Shown one piece after another: positions 42,614-51,389 of a stretch of DNA of 64,000 nucleotides. Under the pieces are notes generated by a model. That model searched no databases and was not told the origin of the DNA. It saw only the letters and a program-made list of their open reading frames with translations. Origin of the DNA: an uncultured Pseudomonadales bacterium. GTDB taxonomy: Bacteria; Patescibacteriota; Microgenomatia; UBA1400; PJMF01. Position 1 is the stretch's first letter. Each line of letters starts with the position of its first letter. Made by a program: the position numbers and the translations under genes. The stretch covers positions 67,677 to 131,676 of the forward strand of contig CAYVXV010000002.1 in the NCBI GenBank assembly GCA_964455555.1, read 5' to 3'.

Positions 42614-43630
42614 GGTTTCTGCTAAACCATCATGAAAATCAATTTGTGGCTCCCAGCCAAGCAACTCTTTGGCTTTTGAGATATCAGGCTGCCTGCGTGT
42701 CGGGTCGTCAAGCGGCAATTCCCGGAAATCCAAATCTGCTTTGCCTTTTCCTCCGCTCGCCTTGAAAATTAGCTCTGCCGTATCTAGGACTGTCAATTCT
42801 TTTGGGTTGCCCAGGTTTACCGTCTCACCTGCCAATCCTTCCTCAGCCAGCAACAACATTAACCCTCTAACCAGATCACTGACAAAACAATAAGACCGTG
42901 TTTGTAAACCGTCACCATAAATTGTCATAGGCTCCTTGTGCAGAGCCTGCATTGCTAAATTGGGGATAACTCGTCCATCACTGGGGTCCATCCGTGGTCC
43001 ATAAGTGTTGAATATCCTGGCCAGCCGGACATCCATATCATAATTTCTGTGAAAAACACCGCAAATTGCCTCTCCCATGCGTTTGGCCTCATCGTAGCAG
43101 GAGCGCGGCCCATTAGGATTAACATTGCCCCAATAGGTTTCCTGTTGAGGATGCTCCTTAGGATCGCCATAGACCTCTGATGTGCTGGCGTACAAAAACC
43201 GGGCAGAAGGGTTTTGGTTGCGAAGATAACTGAGCAAGTTGTGGGTTCCAGCTGTGTTAACCAGATAGGTTGCTACCGGATTTTCTTGATAGCGGGGAGG
43301 GCTGGCCGGAGAGGCTAAATGAAAGACAGCATCCAAATGCTGGCCTCCGGGCAGATAGTGCTCAGTCACAGTTGCGGCATCAGCACGGATAAAAACAAAA
43401 TTATCATGCAAAGATTCGGCAGCCAGGTCATTGTATAAATGTGCAATATTTTCCATTCTGCCGGTGAGCAGATTATCAACACCAATGACCAAAGCACCCG
43501 TCTTAAGAAGCGCATCTACCAGATGTGAGCCAATAAAACCTGCTGCACCGGTCACTAAAATGGTTTTTTTATAAAAATAATCCATGGTAGGGAAGTCTTT
43601 AAAATGCCTTTGTCCTAAAGGAGTATTCAC
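42593..43630 (-). CDS. uxs: UDP-glucuronate decarboxylase (UDP-xylose synthase)
   Basis: HLASPASP, STSEVYGDP..HPQ.ETYWGNVNP.GPRSCYDEAKR, RIFNTYGPRM...DGRV, QTRSYCFV, DDP.RR.PDI. The GTG at 43630 is 6 nt after TATAAT. Confidence 0.9.
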   Translation of the reverse strand: MNTPLGQRHFKDFPTMDYFYKKTILVTGAAGFIGSHLVDALLKTGALVIGVDNLLTGRMENIAHLYNDLAAESLHDNFVFIRADAATVTEHYLPGGQHLDAVFHLASPASPPRYQENPVATYLVNTAGTHNLLSYLRNQNPSARFLYASTSEVYGDPKEHPQQETYWGNVNPNGPRSCYDEAKRMGEAICGVFHRNYDMDVRLARIFNTYGPRMDPSDGRVIPNLAMQALHKEPMTIYGDGLQTRSYCFVSDLVRGLMLLLAEEGLAGETVNLGNPKELTVLDTAELIFKASGGKGKADLDFRELPLDDPTRRQPDISKAKELLGWEPQIDFHDGLAETLNYFRS

Positions 43631-43636
43631 GGTATG

Positions 43637-43642
43637 ATTATA
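43637..43642 (-). promoter_or_regulatory. -10 box of a probable leaderless uxs promoter
   Basis: TATAAT 6 nt before GTG 43630. Confidence 0.55.
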
Positions 43643-43684
43643 TGGTTTAAATTTTTAAAGCTCAACTAGCGTTAATCTTTAAAC

Positions 43685-45160
43685 ATGAAAAAAATACTAA
43701 TCCGCAACACACCAGGCTTCAGTTTAGTTCTGATAGCCTTGTTGTTCAGATTGCCGCAACTCAATAGTTCCTTCTGGATGACTGAGGCAACTCAGGCTCT
43801 CGCTTCTCAAATCTCATTCTATGAGCAGTTTGTTGTCGGACAGAGTATTCAACCGCCTTTCTTCTTTCTAGTGTCCCATTTGGCCCAACTTATTTCACAT
43901 CAGGAATGGTGGCTAAGGCTGATCGTGGCCTTGATACCCGGTTTAATTACCGTATTTTTTACTTATAAAATAGGAGAAAAGCTTCATTCCTCCCTAACAG
44001 GCTCACTGGCAGCGCTGTTTCTGGCCACTAGCTCCCTGCATATTTATTTTTCCCAGGAGCTCAGGCCTCATTCGCTAGCTGCCATGCTAGCTTTAGTAAC
44101 CTGGTACTTGCTGGTAGAAAAGAAAATCGGCACCGACACAAGGCGCTACATACTTTTCGGAATCCTATCCGTTCTAGGTGTTTATACCACCTACTTTTAC
44201 ACTTACTTGATGATCGGCCAACTGATTTATGTTTATTTGACAGACAAAAAAGTTTTTCAAAAGGTTTTGATGGTTTTTGGCATCTCTGTCTTAGCCTTCA
44301 TGTCACAGATTCCCATCATGCTTAAACAGCTTGAATATTTGAGGACTATCCGTCAGGAACTCCCATCCATCGAAGAAGTAATTGTCCTGCCGTCACAAAG
44401 CTTCCTGCCATTTTTAATAGGAACATTTGTTTATGGCATTATGGAGTTTGACTTCAACCCAATGCAGAGTTTTCCAGGAATTCTAATAATTGCCATTGCT
44501 GCAATGCTGACCGCCATTAACTATACCTCGATGAAAAAGGAAACTATCAGAATGCTAAAGTTTTCCGCTTCGTCTTTCATAATTCCGGTCTTTGTCCTGC
44601 TATTAATCTCCTTGTTCTTGCCGGTAATACAGCCAAGGGGCGTTCTCTTTTTACTACCGGTTTTCTATCTCTATCTTTCTTCAATTACTACACCATATTT
44701 TAGCCAAACTATTGGCAACCTGAGGGGTGGGTTGGCAGTATTGGTAATCCTCACCATGGCACTGATTAATATTAGGGGAACGGTTGAATACAATATTACA
44801 CCAGAACTGCAGCGCGAAAACTGGCGCCAGCTTTACTTCCGGATTGCAAACAAATACCCAGGAGACAATGCTGCCCTCGTCTTTAAGCTGCCAGAGACGC
44901 CGGCTGCCATAAAATGGTACGACAAAAATTCAGAATATAAAGTTGTAACTCTCGAAAACCTACATGTAGATTATGTGCCGGACTTGGAACAGCGGCTTTC
45001 ACAAATTTCAGATTATGACACAGTCTTGGTTTTTAGTTATTTTGAATACTTAACAGATCCAGAGGACAAGGTAGGTCATACTATAGAAGACCTGGGATAC
45101 CGCAATTCCGGAAAATTCTTCCAACCAATAATTGGAGATGTGCGCATTTATACCCGCTAA
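43685..45160 (+). CDS. PMT/ArnT-like GT-C protein, paralog of 41096-42613, with the DE motif changed to TE
   Basis: SFWMTEATQ, QPP, FSQELRPHSL, PVIQPR, PELQRENWR, LTDPED. Confidence 0.82.
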   Translation: MKKILIRNTPGFSLVLIALLFRLPQLNSSFWMTEATQALASQISFYEQFVVGQSIQPPFFFLVSHLAQLISHQEWWLRLIVALIPGLITVFFTYKIGEKLHSSLTGSLAALFLATSSLHIYFSQELRPHSLAAMLALVTWYLLVEKKIGTDTRRYILFGILSVLGVYTTYFYTYLMIGQLIYVYLTDKKVFQKVLMVFGISVLAFMSQIPIMLKQLEYLRTIRQELPSIEEVIVLPSQSFLPFLIGTFVYGIMEFDFNPMQSFPGILIIAIAAMLTAINYTSMKKETIRMLKFSASSFIIPVFVLLLISLFLPVIQPRGVLFLLPVFYLYLSSITTPYFSQTIGNLRGGLAVLVILTMALINIRGTVEYNITPELQRENWRQLYFRIANKYPGDNAALVFKLPETPAAIKWYDKNSEYKVVTLENLHVDYVPDLEQRLSQISDYDTVLVFSYFEYLTDPEDKVGHTIEDLGYRNSGKFFQPIIGDVRIYTR

Positions 45161-45168
45161 CTTTGTAT

Positions 45169-45174
45169 TAGAAT
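45169..45174 (+). promoter_or_regulatory. -10 box of a probable leaderless promoter
   Basis: TAGAAT 6 nt before ATG 45181. Confidence 0.55.
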
Positions 45175-45180
45175 GTAGAT

Positions 45181-46329
45181 ATGAAGCTAGGTATTGATAT
45201 TACCCCCGTGCTGTACAAGAGAGGAGTTTCGCGCTACACCAGCAACTTAGTTGCAGGATTAATTAAACACACCAACCTAAGCCTCCATTTATACGGTTCA
45301 AGCTTCCGCCAACATCAAGAGCTTGTCAAAGCTGCTGAGAACTTTCAGGCTTTTTCTACAAATAAAGTTAAAACAACTCTGCAGCACTATCCGCCAAGCC
45401 TACTAAGCCTGCTTTGGCGGGCCAACATAAACCCCATAGCTTCAACAGCCCCCAAGTTAGACGTTTTTCATTCCTGGGATTGGCTCCATCCTCCAGATAC
45501 AACTTTTCCTTTAGTTTCAACTATTCATGATTTAGCTATTTTAAAATTTCCCGAAACAGCCAATCCAAAAATTCTCAAAATGCATCAGCGTTCCTGGGAT
45601 GTGCTTAAGAAGAAACAGGCCCACATCATAGCCGTCAGCCGTTCAACAAAAAATGACATAGTAGAACTGCTCGGCTACCCCAGGTACTTGGTCCATGTAA
45701 TTTATGAAGCTTTGCCTACAGAAGTAAAAAACGTATCGGATCAGATGACCGAAGAGATCTATGAAGAAACTAAAATAAAGCTATTGCTGGATAAGCCCTT
45801 TGTATTTTTTGTCGGCACCCGCGAACCTAGAAAGAATCTCAAAAAACTAATCAAGGCCTGGGAGCCATTGGCTTCTCATTTTGATTTACTCATAGCCGGC
45901 AACACAGGCTGGGACGAATCAGAGAAACTGGATACCATTACCCTTCAGGAGAAGGGCTTAAGATTCCTGGGCAGGGTCAGCGACCAAGAATTGGCCGTAC
46001 TTTACTCCGAGGCAGCAGTTTTTGCCTATCCTTCGTTGTACGAGGGTTTCGGCCTGCCAATTTTAGAGGCGTTTAATTACGGCACTCCGGTAGTTACTTC
46101 AAATAATTCTGGAATGCTCGAGGTAGCAGGTAATGCTGCTGAACTAGTGGATCCAGAGTCAGTTGACAGCATCCGCGCAGGCTTGGAGAAAGTTTTGGGA
46201 GAAGGCTTGAGCGAACAACAAAAACGCCTGCAGCGAATGATCATCCGCCAACAGATGTTTAGTTGGCAAACAGTAGCCAATGAGACTCACCGGGTTTACC
46301 GGAAAGCTGTAGAAGACTTTAAGAATTAA
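45181..46329 (+). CDS. GT4 glycosyltransferase (MtfB-like)
   Basis: GVSRY, STIHDL, GTREPRKNL, YPSLYEGFGLPILEAF, FSWQ. Confidence 0.9.
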   Translation: MKLGIDITPVLYKRGVSRYTSNLVAGLIKHTNLSLHLYGSSFRQHQELVKAAENFQAFSTNKVKTTLQHYPPSLLSLLWRANINPIASTAPKLDVFHSWDWLHPPDTTFPLVSTIHDLAILKFPETANPKILKMHQRSWDVLKKKQAHIIAVSRSTKNDIVELLGYPRYLVHVIYEALPTEVKNVSDQMTEEIYEETKIKLLLDKPFVFFVGTREPRKNLKKLIKAWEPLASHFDLLIAGNTGWDESEKLDTITLQEKGLRFLGRVSDQELAVLYSEAAVFAYPSLYEGFGLPILEAFNYGTPVVTSNNSGMLEVAGNAAELVDPESVDSIRAGLEKVLGEGLSEQQKRLQRMIIRQQMFSWQTVANETHRVYRKAVEDFKN

Positions 46330-46342
46330 ACAAAGGCAGTTT

Positions 46343-47524
46343 ATGGCGCATTTAGCAATCGACGGAAACGAAGCCAACGTTGCCAACCGGGTCGGCAGCA
46401 ATGTCTATGCTTACGAACTACTTACCGCCCTGGAAAAACTGATCGGGAAAAAGAAGGGCCTTGAGGTCACAGTGCTGCTTCGGTCTCAACCCCTGCATGA
46501 CATGCCCCCCGTTCGCGATGGTTGGAGCTATCAGGTATTAACACCTGGAAAATTTTGGACTCAGTGGGCTTTGCCGCTGCACTTATTCAATCACCGCAAT
46601 AAATACGACCTACACTTTAGCCCGGGGCATTATGCACCTCATAGTTCACCCATTCCCTTTGTATGCACAGTCATGGATACGGCTTACTTGGATTACCCAA
46701 ACCACTTTCGGTCTGCAGATCTTTTCCAACTGAAAATCTGGACAAAATTGGCAGTTTCAAAAGCTGCCAAAATTATTGCGATAAGTGAGGCAACAAAAGA
46801 TGATGTCATCCGGCATTATCACCGGCAGCCCGATGATGTAGTGGTTGCTTACCCTGCTTTTGAGTTAAAGAGAAAGAACCTTGTTGGACAGGAGGCCAAA
46901 GACTTCCTGGAGAGCAAGAAGATTACCGAGCCGTACTTGTTGTTTGTCGGCACCATCCAGCCACGGAAAAATATAATTGCTCTTGTTGAGGCCTTTGAAA
47001 TTTTTACCAGAATGGCAGCCAGCCGGACCTTGAAACAAAAAAGGTCGGGCCGCAAGCGGGCAAAAACCCAAGCAGCCAAACTGGTTTTAGCAGGAAAGAC
47101 CGGCTGGCTATCCGGGGAAACTTTAGAGCGGATTGATAACTCTCCTCTCAAAAACAGAATTGTCATAACCGGCTTTGTCACAGAGGCGCAAAAACAGCTT
47201 TTATATAAGAATGCTTTTGCCAGCGCTCTTGTCGGTCTTCATGAGGGGTTCGGTATTCCGCCGCTTGAGTCTATGGCACTCGGAACCCCAGTCCTGGTTT
47301 CCAATACAACCAGTCTGCCAGAGGTAGTAGGAGATGCAGGTTTTATGGCCAATCCACTGGATCCGCAGGATATCGCTGAAAAAATCTGGGAAGTTTACAC
47401 CCTGAGCGCAAAGGAAAAAGCCCTCAGTCGGAAAAGGGGCAAGGAGCAGGCGGCCAACTTTTCTTGGGAAGAATCAGCAAAAACAATCCTGAATACTCTG
47501 GAAGAGTTGATAGAAAAACAATAA
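46343..47524 (+). CDS. GT4 glycosyltransferase (MtfB-like)
   Basis: IDGNEAN...RVG, GTIQPRKN, EGFGIPPLESM, SLPEVVG, FSWE. Confidence 0.9.
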   Translation: MAHLAIDGNEANVANRVGSNVYAYELLTALEKLIGKKKGLEVTVLLRSQPLHDMPPVRDGWSYQVLTPGKFWTQWALPLHLFNHRNKYDLHFSPGHYAPHSSPIPFVCTVMDTAYLDYPNHFRSADLFQLKIWTKLAVSKAAKIIAISEATKDDVIRHYHRQPDDVVVAYPAFELKRKNLVGQEAKDFLESKKITEPYLLFVGTIQPRKNIIALVEAFEIFTRMAASRTLKQKRSGRKRAKTQAAKLVLAGKTGWLSGETLERIDNSPLKNRIVITGFVTEAQKQLLYKNAFASALVGLHEGFGIPPLESMALGTPVLVSNTTSLPEVVGDAGFMANPLDPQDIAEKIWEVYTLSAKEKALSRKRGKEQAANFSWEESAKTILNTLEELIEKQ

Positions 47525-47548
47525 TCTCAATCTCTCAGGAACTTTAAG

Positions 47549-48076
47549 GTGACCAAACACGCAACAACACTTATCAGCATCGACCCTGGTTATGACAGGA
47601 TCGGCTGGGCCATTGGCACACTAACCGGCACTAAATATATCTTGACCGCCTGCGGCTGCATTCAGACAGACCGCAAGGCAGAAATTTTCAGCCGCTACCT
47701 CCATTTTTCTGATGAGTTGTCTAAAATTATTCAAAAGTATTCTCCCTCTGCCGCTGCCATTGAAAGCATTTTCTTTTCCAAAAACCGCACCACAGCCATA
47801 AAGGTGAGTGAGGCGAGAGGTGTAATCATTGCAGCCTTGCTTCAAAACGGCGTCACCATTCATGAGTATAACCCCAGCGAAATAAAGCTTGCGGTTACCG
47901 GATATGGCAATGCAGACAAAATGGCCGTAGAAAAAATGGTGAGGATGCAAACGAATATAAAAGAGGGAAAAATTCTTGATGATGCCATCGATGCAATAGC
48001 TGTAGGTATGACTCATGCAGTTACTGCTCACATGCGCCAGGCCAAAGACGCCCTCAACAAAGCAAGTAGTTCGTAG
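47549..48076 (+). CDS. ruvC: Holliday junction resolvase RuvC
   Basis: IDPGY, AIESIFFSKN, EARGV, EY.P.EIK.AVTGYGNADK, DDAIDAIA; the acidic catalytic residues are present. Confidence 0.95.
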   Translation: MTKHATTLISIDPGYDRIGWAIGTLTGTKYILTACGCIQTDRKAEIFSRYLHFSDELSKIIQKYSPSAAAIESIFFSKNRTTAIKVSEARGVIIAALLQNGVTIHEYNPSEIKLAVTGYGNADKMAVEKMVRMQTNIKEGKILDDAIDAIAVGMTHAVTAHMRQAKDALNKASSS

Positions 48077-48088
48077 TATGCTTTCTTT

Positions 48089-48670
48089 ATGTTCGCATTT
48101 CTTTCCGGTACTCCGGTAATCCAAAAAAACAAACTGATTATGCTGGTTAATGGGGTTGGCTACGATGTTGACGTTAGCACAAGAACACTGCTTGCCGCTA
48201 CCAATGCAGACAGCTTTTCCCTTTACATCCACACCCACGTTCGGGAGGACAGAATTGAGCTTTATGGTTTCCAAACTATTGAGGCTAAGGAAATATTTAA
48301 CCTACTAATCGATGTATCAGGTGTCGGGCCTAAAACTGCACTAGCCATAACCGAAAGGGGCAGCCAAGCCCTGATTGAAGCAGTGCAGCAAGCCGATGTT
48401 TCTTTTTTTACCAAGGTTCCCAGGGTGGGCAAAAAGTCAGCCCAAAAAATTATCATTGAGTTAAAATCAAAACTTGGAGGCCTCAAAGAGTTGGACCTAG
48501 GACCGCAAACCCCTCTTCAAGAAGAGATTTCAGATGCATTGCTTTCACTGGGATTTGCCAAAACAGAGGTTTCTGCGGTAGTCAACAAGTTAGATGCCGC
48601 CGGCCTGACCTTGGAATCCGGCCTGCAGCAAGCCATTAAAGAACTCGGTTTAGCTAGGGCAAAGTCATGA
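48089..48670 (+). CDS. ruvA: Holliday junction branch-migration protein RuvA
   Basis: VNGVGY, HVRED..ELYGF, VSGVGPKTAL, VPRVGKKSAQKII.EL, AL.SLGF. Confidence 0.96.
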   Translation: MFAFLSGTPVIQKNKLIMLVNGVGYDVDVSTRTLLAATNADSFSLYIHTHVREDRIELYGFQTIEAKEIFNLLIDVSGVGPKTALAITERGSQALIEAVQQADVSFFTKVPRVGKKSAQKIIIELKSKLGGLKELDLGPQTPLQEEISDALLSLGFAKTEVSAVVNKLDAAGLTLESGLQQAIKELGLARAKS

Positions 48671-49677
48671 ACAACCTAGATATTCCTTCATCTCCCACCT
48701 TAAGCCCGGAAGAGGAGGTATTATTTACCTCACTTAGGGCCAGTGATTGGGCAGAATTTTTTGGCCAAAATCAAATAAAGAAATCACTTCAAATTGCTAT
48801 ACAGGCAGCGCTGCAACGAAGTGAGTCTATGGATCATGCTTTGCTCTATGGCCCTCCGGGATTGGGAAAAACAACCCTTACTCATCTGATTGCCAAAGAA
48901 CTAGGAGTAAATATCCGAGTTACATCGGGCACTGCTCTGACCAAAACCGGCGACCTAGCCGCTATCCTAACCAACCTAGAACCCGGTGATATTTTATTTA
49001 TTGATGAAATTCATCGCCTGCCCAAAAATGTAGAGGAAACCCTTTATCCGGCCATGGAGGATTTTGCCCTGGATATTGTTATCGGTAAGGGTCCGTCTGC
49101 CAGAACCATTCGCTTAGACCTGCCTAAATTTACTTTGATTGGAGCCACCACCCGGTTTGGGTTGCTCGCCGGCCCTTTCCGCGACCGCTTCGGCTTGGTT
49201 CACCGGCTTCAATATTATTCACCGAAAGCCTTGGGCACAATCCTTACCAAAGGTGCTGAAAAACTGTCTATAGATGTCAGCCCTCAGGCTGCAGCCGAGA
49301 TTGCCACCCGTTCACGCGGCACCCCTCGGATTGCCCTTAAACTGCTTAAGCGGGTTCGCGATTATGTTCAGGTAGAAGGTAGAACCCGCATAGAAGAAAA
49401 CGACGTAGAAAATGCTTTGGCCATGTTTGCAATCGATAAAAAAGGCTTAAGTGATTCCGACCGACATTTTCTGATGCAGATTATTGAGAAGCACCGCGGT
49501 GGGCCTGTTGGCATTTCTACGATTGCCGCCACCTTGAATGAGGATTCTCTTACTATAGAAGAGGTTTTTGAGCCATATCTGCTGCAGCTTGGTTTAATCC
49601 GCCGCACCCCTCAGGGAAGAATAATTACAAAAGCAGGCTACGAACACGTTGGTGTCAAATATCCAGAGCAAAAATAA
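48667..49677 (+). CDS. ruvB: Holliday junction helicase RuvB
   Basis: GPPGLGKTT, FIDEIHRL, LYPAMED, GATTR, RDRFG, SRGTPR, GGPVG, EPYL, RTPQGR. Confidence 0.97.
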   Translation: MNNLDIPSSPTLSPEEEVLFTSLRASDWAEFFGQNQIKKSLQIAIQAALQRSESMDHALLYGPPGLGKTTLTHLIAKELGVNIRVTSGTALTKTGDLAAILTNLEPGDILFIDEIHRLPKNVEETLYPAMEDFALDIVIGKGPSARTIRLDLPKFTLIGATTRFGLLAGPFRDRFGLVHRLQYYSPKALGTILTKGAEKLSIDVSPQAAAEIATRSRGTPRIALKLLKRVRDYVQVEGRTRIEENDVENALAMFAIDKKGLSDSDRHFLMQIIEKHRGGPVGISTIAATLNEDSLTIEEVFEPYLLQLGLIRRTPQGRIITKAGYEHVGVKYPEQK

Positions 49678-49730
49678 TTATCATTTCTTCGCGGCTAACC
49701 TGCTGGCAGCTCCTGTTTTAAGTTAAGTTC

Positions 49731-49739
49731 TGTTACAAT
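49731..49739 (+). promoter_or_regulatory. Extended -10 box (TGnTACAAT), probable leaderless promoter
   Basis: 6 nt before ATG 49746. Confidence 0.6.
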
Positions 49740-49745
49740 GTTTTT

Positions 49746-50357
49746 ATGACTGAAACTTCGCTCACCGGCCGCCGCTCTCTGCCAGAAAAAATTGTTAATC
49801 GTCTAAGTACTATCTGGCTGGAGTTCGTCACTGGCATCTTGTGGTGGTGTGTAGGATTTATACCACTTCATATTCTTAGAAGGTTTTTTTACCGACTGGC
49901 CGGCTTAACCTTCGGCAAAGGCAGCACAATTCACATGATGGCCAGGATTTATGATCCCCGAAATATCATCATCGGCAACGACACCATCATTGGCGAACGG
50001 GCTTCGCTTGATGGCCGTAAACAATTGAAAAACTCACAGGGAGGCCTTTATATCGGCAATCATGTTGACATTGCCTCAGAAGTTATGATTTGGACCAGCG
50101 AACATGACTTGTCAGATCCGGATATGAGGCCGATTGAAGAAAAAGTAATAATTGAAGACTATGTCTTTATTGGGCCGAGAGCAATTATCCTGCCTGGGGT
50201 TACTGTGGGAAGGGGAGCTGTTGTTGCTGCAGGAGCTGTAGTTACCAAAGATGTTGAGCCATTTACTATAGTGGGAGGAGTGCCAGCTGAAGAAATCGGC
50301 AAACGCAAAAATACCAACCCAACTTACACTTTAGGCAGGGCCCGCTTATTTCAATAG
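49746..50357 (+). CDS. Hexapeptide (LbH) sugar O-acetyltransferase
   Basis: LDGR, WTSEHD, FIGPRAIILPGVTVGRGAVVAAGAVVTKDV, GGVPA. Confidence 0.88.
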   Translation: MTETSLTGRRSLPEKIVNRLSTIWLEFVTGILWWCVGFIPLHILRRFFYRLAGLTFGKGSTIHMMARIYDPRNIIIGNDTIIGERASLDGRKQLKNSQGGLYIGNHVDIASEVMIWTSEHDLSDPDMRPIEEKVIIEDYVFIGPRAIILPGVTVGRGAVVAAGAVVTKDVEPFTIVGGVPAEEIGKRKNTNPTYTLGRARLFQ

Positions 50358-50364
50358 GATTGTT

Positions 50365-51387
50365 ATGAAGAAAAAAGACACCCTTCTTTCGATAATTATT
50401 ATTTCCTACAGCACTGCAGATTTAACTATTCAAACCCTCGAATCGGTTGTCAGGGATCTGAATCGCTCAATGTTTCTTCATTCTGCCGCTGAAATCATTG
50501 TAATAGACAACAATTCTAAAGATGATTCCGTTAAGAAACTTAAAAGCTTTTCGAAAAATAATTCCGGTCTAAGTTTTAAATTAATTGAGAATTCAAAAAA
50601 CAATGGTTTTGCAGCTGCCAATAATCAGGGAATTGCAAAAGCTAAGGGCAAGTACCTGCTTTTGCTCAACTCGGATACCTTGGTTCAAGCCGGTGCTCTT
50701 GAAAGGATGGTCATGAGCTTTGAGGTCCTGGAGCCTGATCACGCAGCAAGCGTCCTAAACGCCTCAACCAAAAAACTAGACAAGCTCGGTATTTTGGCAG
50801 CCACACTTTTGAACTGGGATGGCTCATACCAACCCCAAGGTGGCAGCAGACCTTCGCTAATAAGTTTGGCTTGCCACATGTTCTTTTTTGACGACATCCC
50901 ACTGCTTGGCAGGTTATTGCCCTCAACTCAACATACCGGCAATAATTCAAGAAATTTCAGTCTGAACGCATACGAAGAAAACCAGCCGCTTAGGCCCAAG
51001 GCTTGGGTTGGTGGAACCGCCATGATGATTAGAAGGGCAGTAATAGATGAGATCGGAGATCTTGATGCCAACCTCTTTATGTACGGGGAGGACATGGAGT
51101 TCTGCCTTCGGGCCCGCAAGCATCACTGGGATATTGCTGAACACCCCACGGCCAGAGTCACCCACTTTCGAAATGCCAGCTCAAGCCGGGAAAAAGCCTT
51201 GATAGGAGAATTTAAAGGCTATTACTACATTTGGGCCAAGCACAAACCTCACTGGGAACAGCCATTTTTAAGGTTTATTTTGCAAATGGGCGCTCTCCTT
51301 AGAATGGTCTTTTTTGATACAATCAGGAAGGACAAAGACAAGGCTGCAGCTTACCGCTTGGCATTTAATGAAGTACCAAAGAAATAG
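50365..51387 (+). CDS. GT2 glycosyltransferase (WbbL-like)
   Basis: IDNNSKDDS, NGFAAANNQG, LLNSDT, WVGG.AM, FMYGEDMEFC.RA. Confidence 0.88.
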   Translation: MKKKDTLLSIIIISYSTADLTIQTLESVVRDLNRSMFLHSAAEIIVIDNNSKDDSVKKLKSFSKNNSGLSFKLIENSKNNGFAAANNQGIAKAKGKYLLLLNSDTLVQAGALERMVMSFEVLEPDHAASVLNASTKKLDKLGILAATLLNWDGSYQPQGGSRPSLISLACHMFFFDDIPLLGRLLPSTQHTGNNSRNFSLNAYEENQPLRPKAWVGGTAMMIRRAVIDEIGDLDANLFMYGEDMEFCLRARKHHWDIAEHPTARVTHFRNASSSREKALIGEFKGYYYIWAKHKPHWEQPFLRFILQMGALLRMVFFDTIRKDKDKAAAYRLAFNEVPKK

Positions 51388-51389
51388 TT

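Noticed and set aside
47549-48076. RuvC ORF as a TnpB/Cas12-like nuclease
   Set aside because: It is a 175-aa canonical resolvase in a ruvCAB operon, with no zinc finger or RNA-binding lobes.
47621-48274. 217-aa minus-strand ORF
   Set aside because: Antisense shadow of ruvC/ruvA with no protein-like features.
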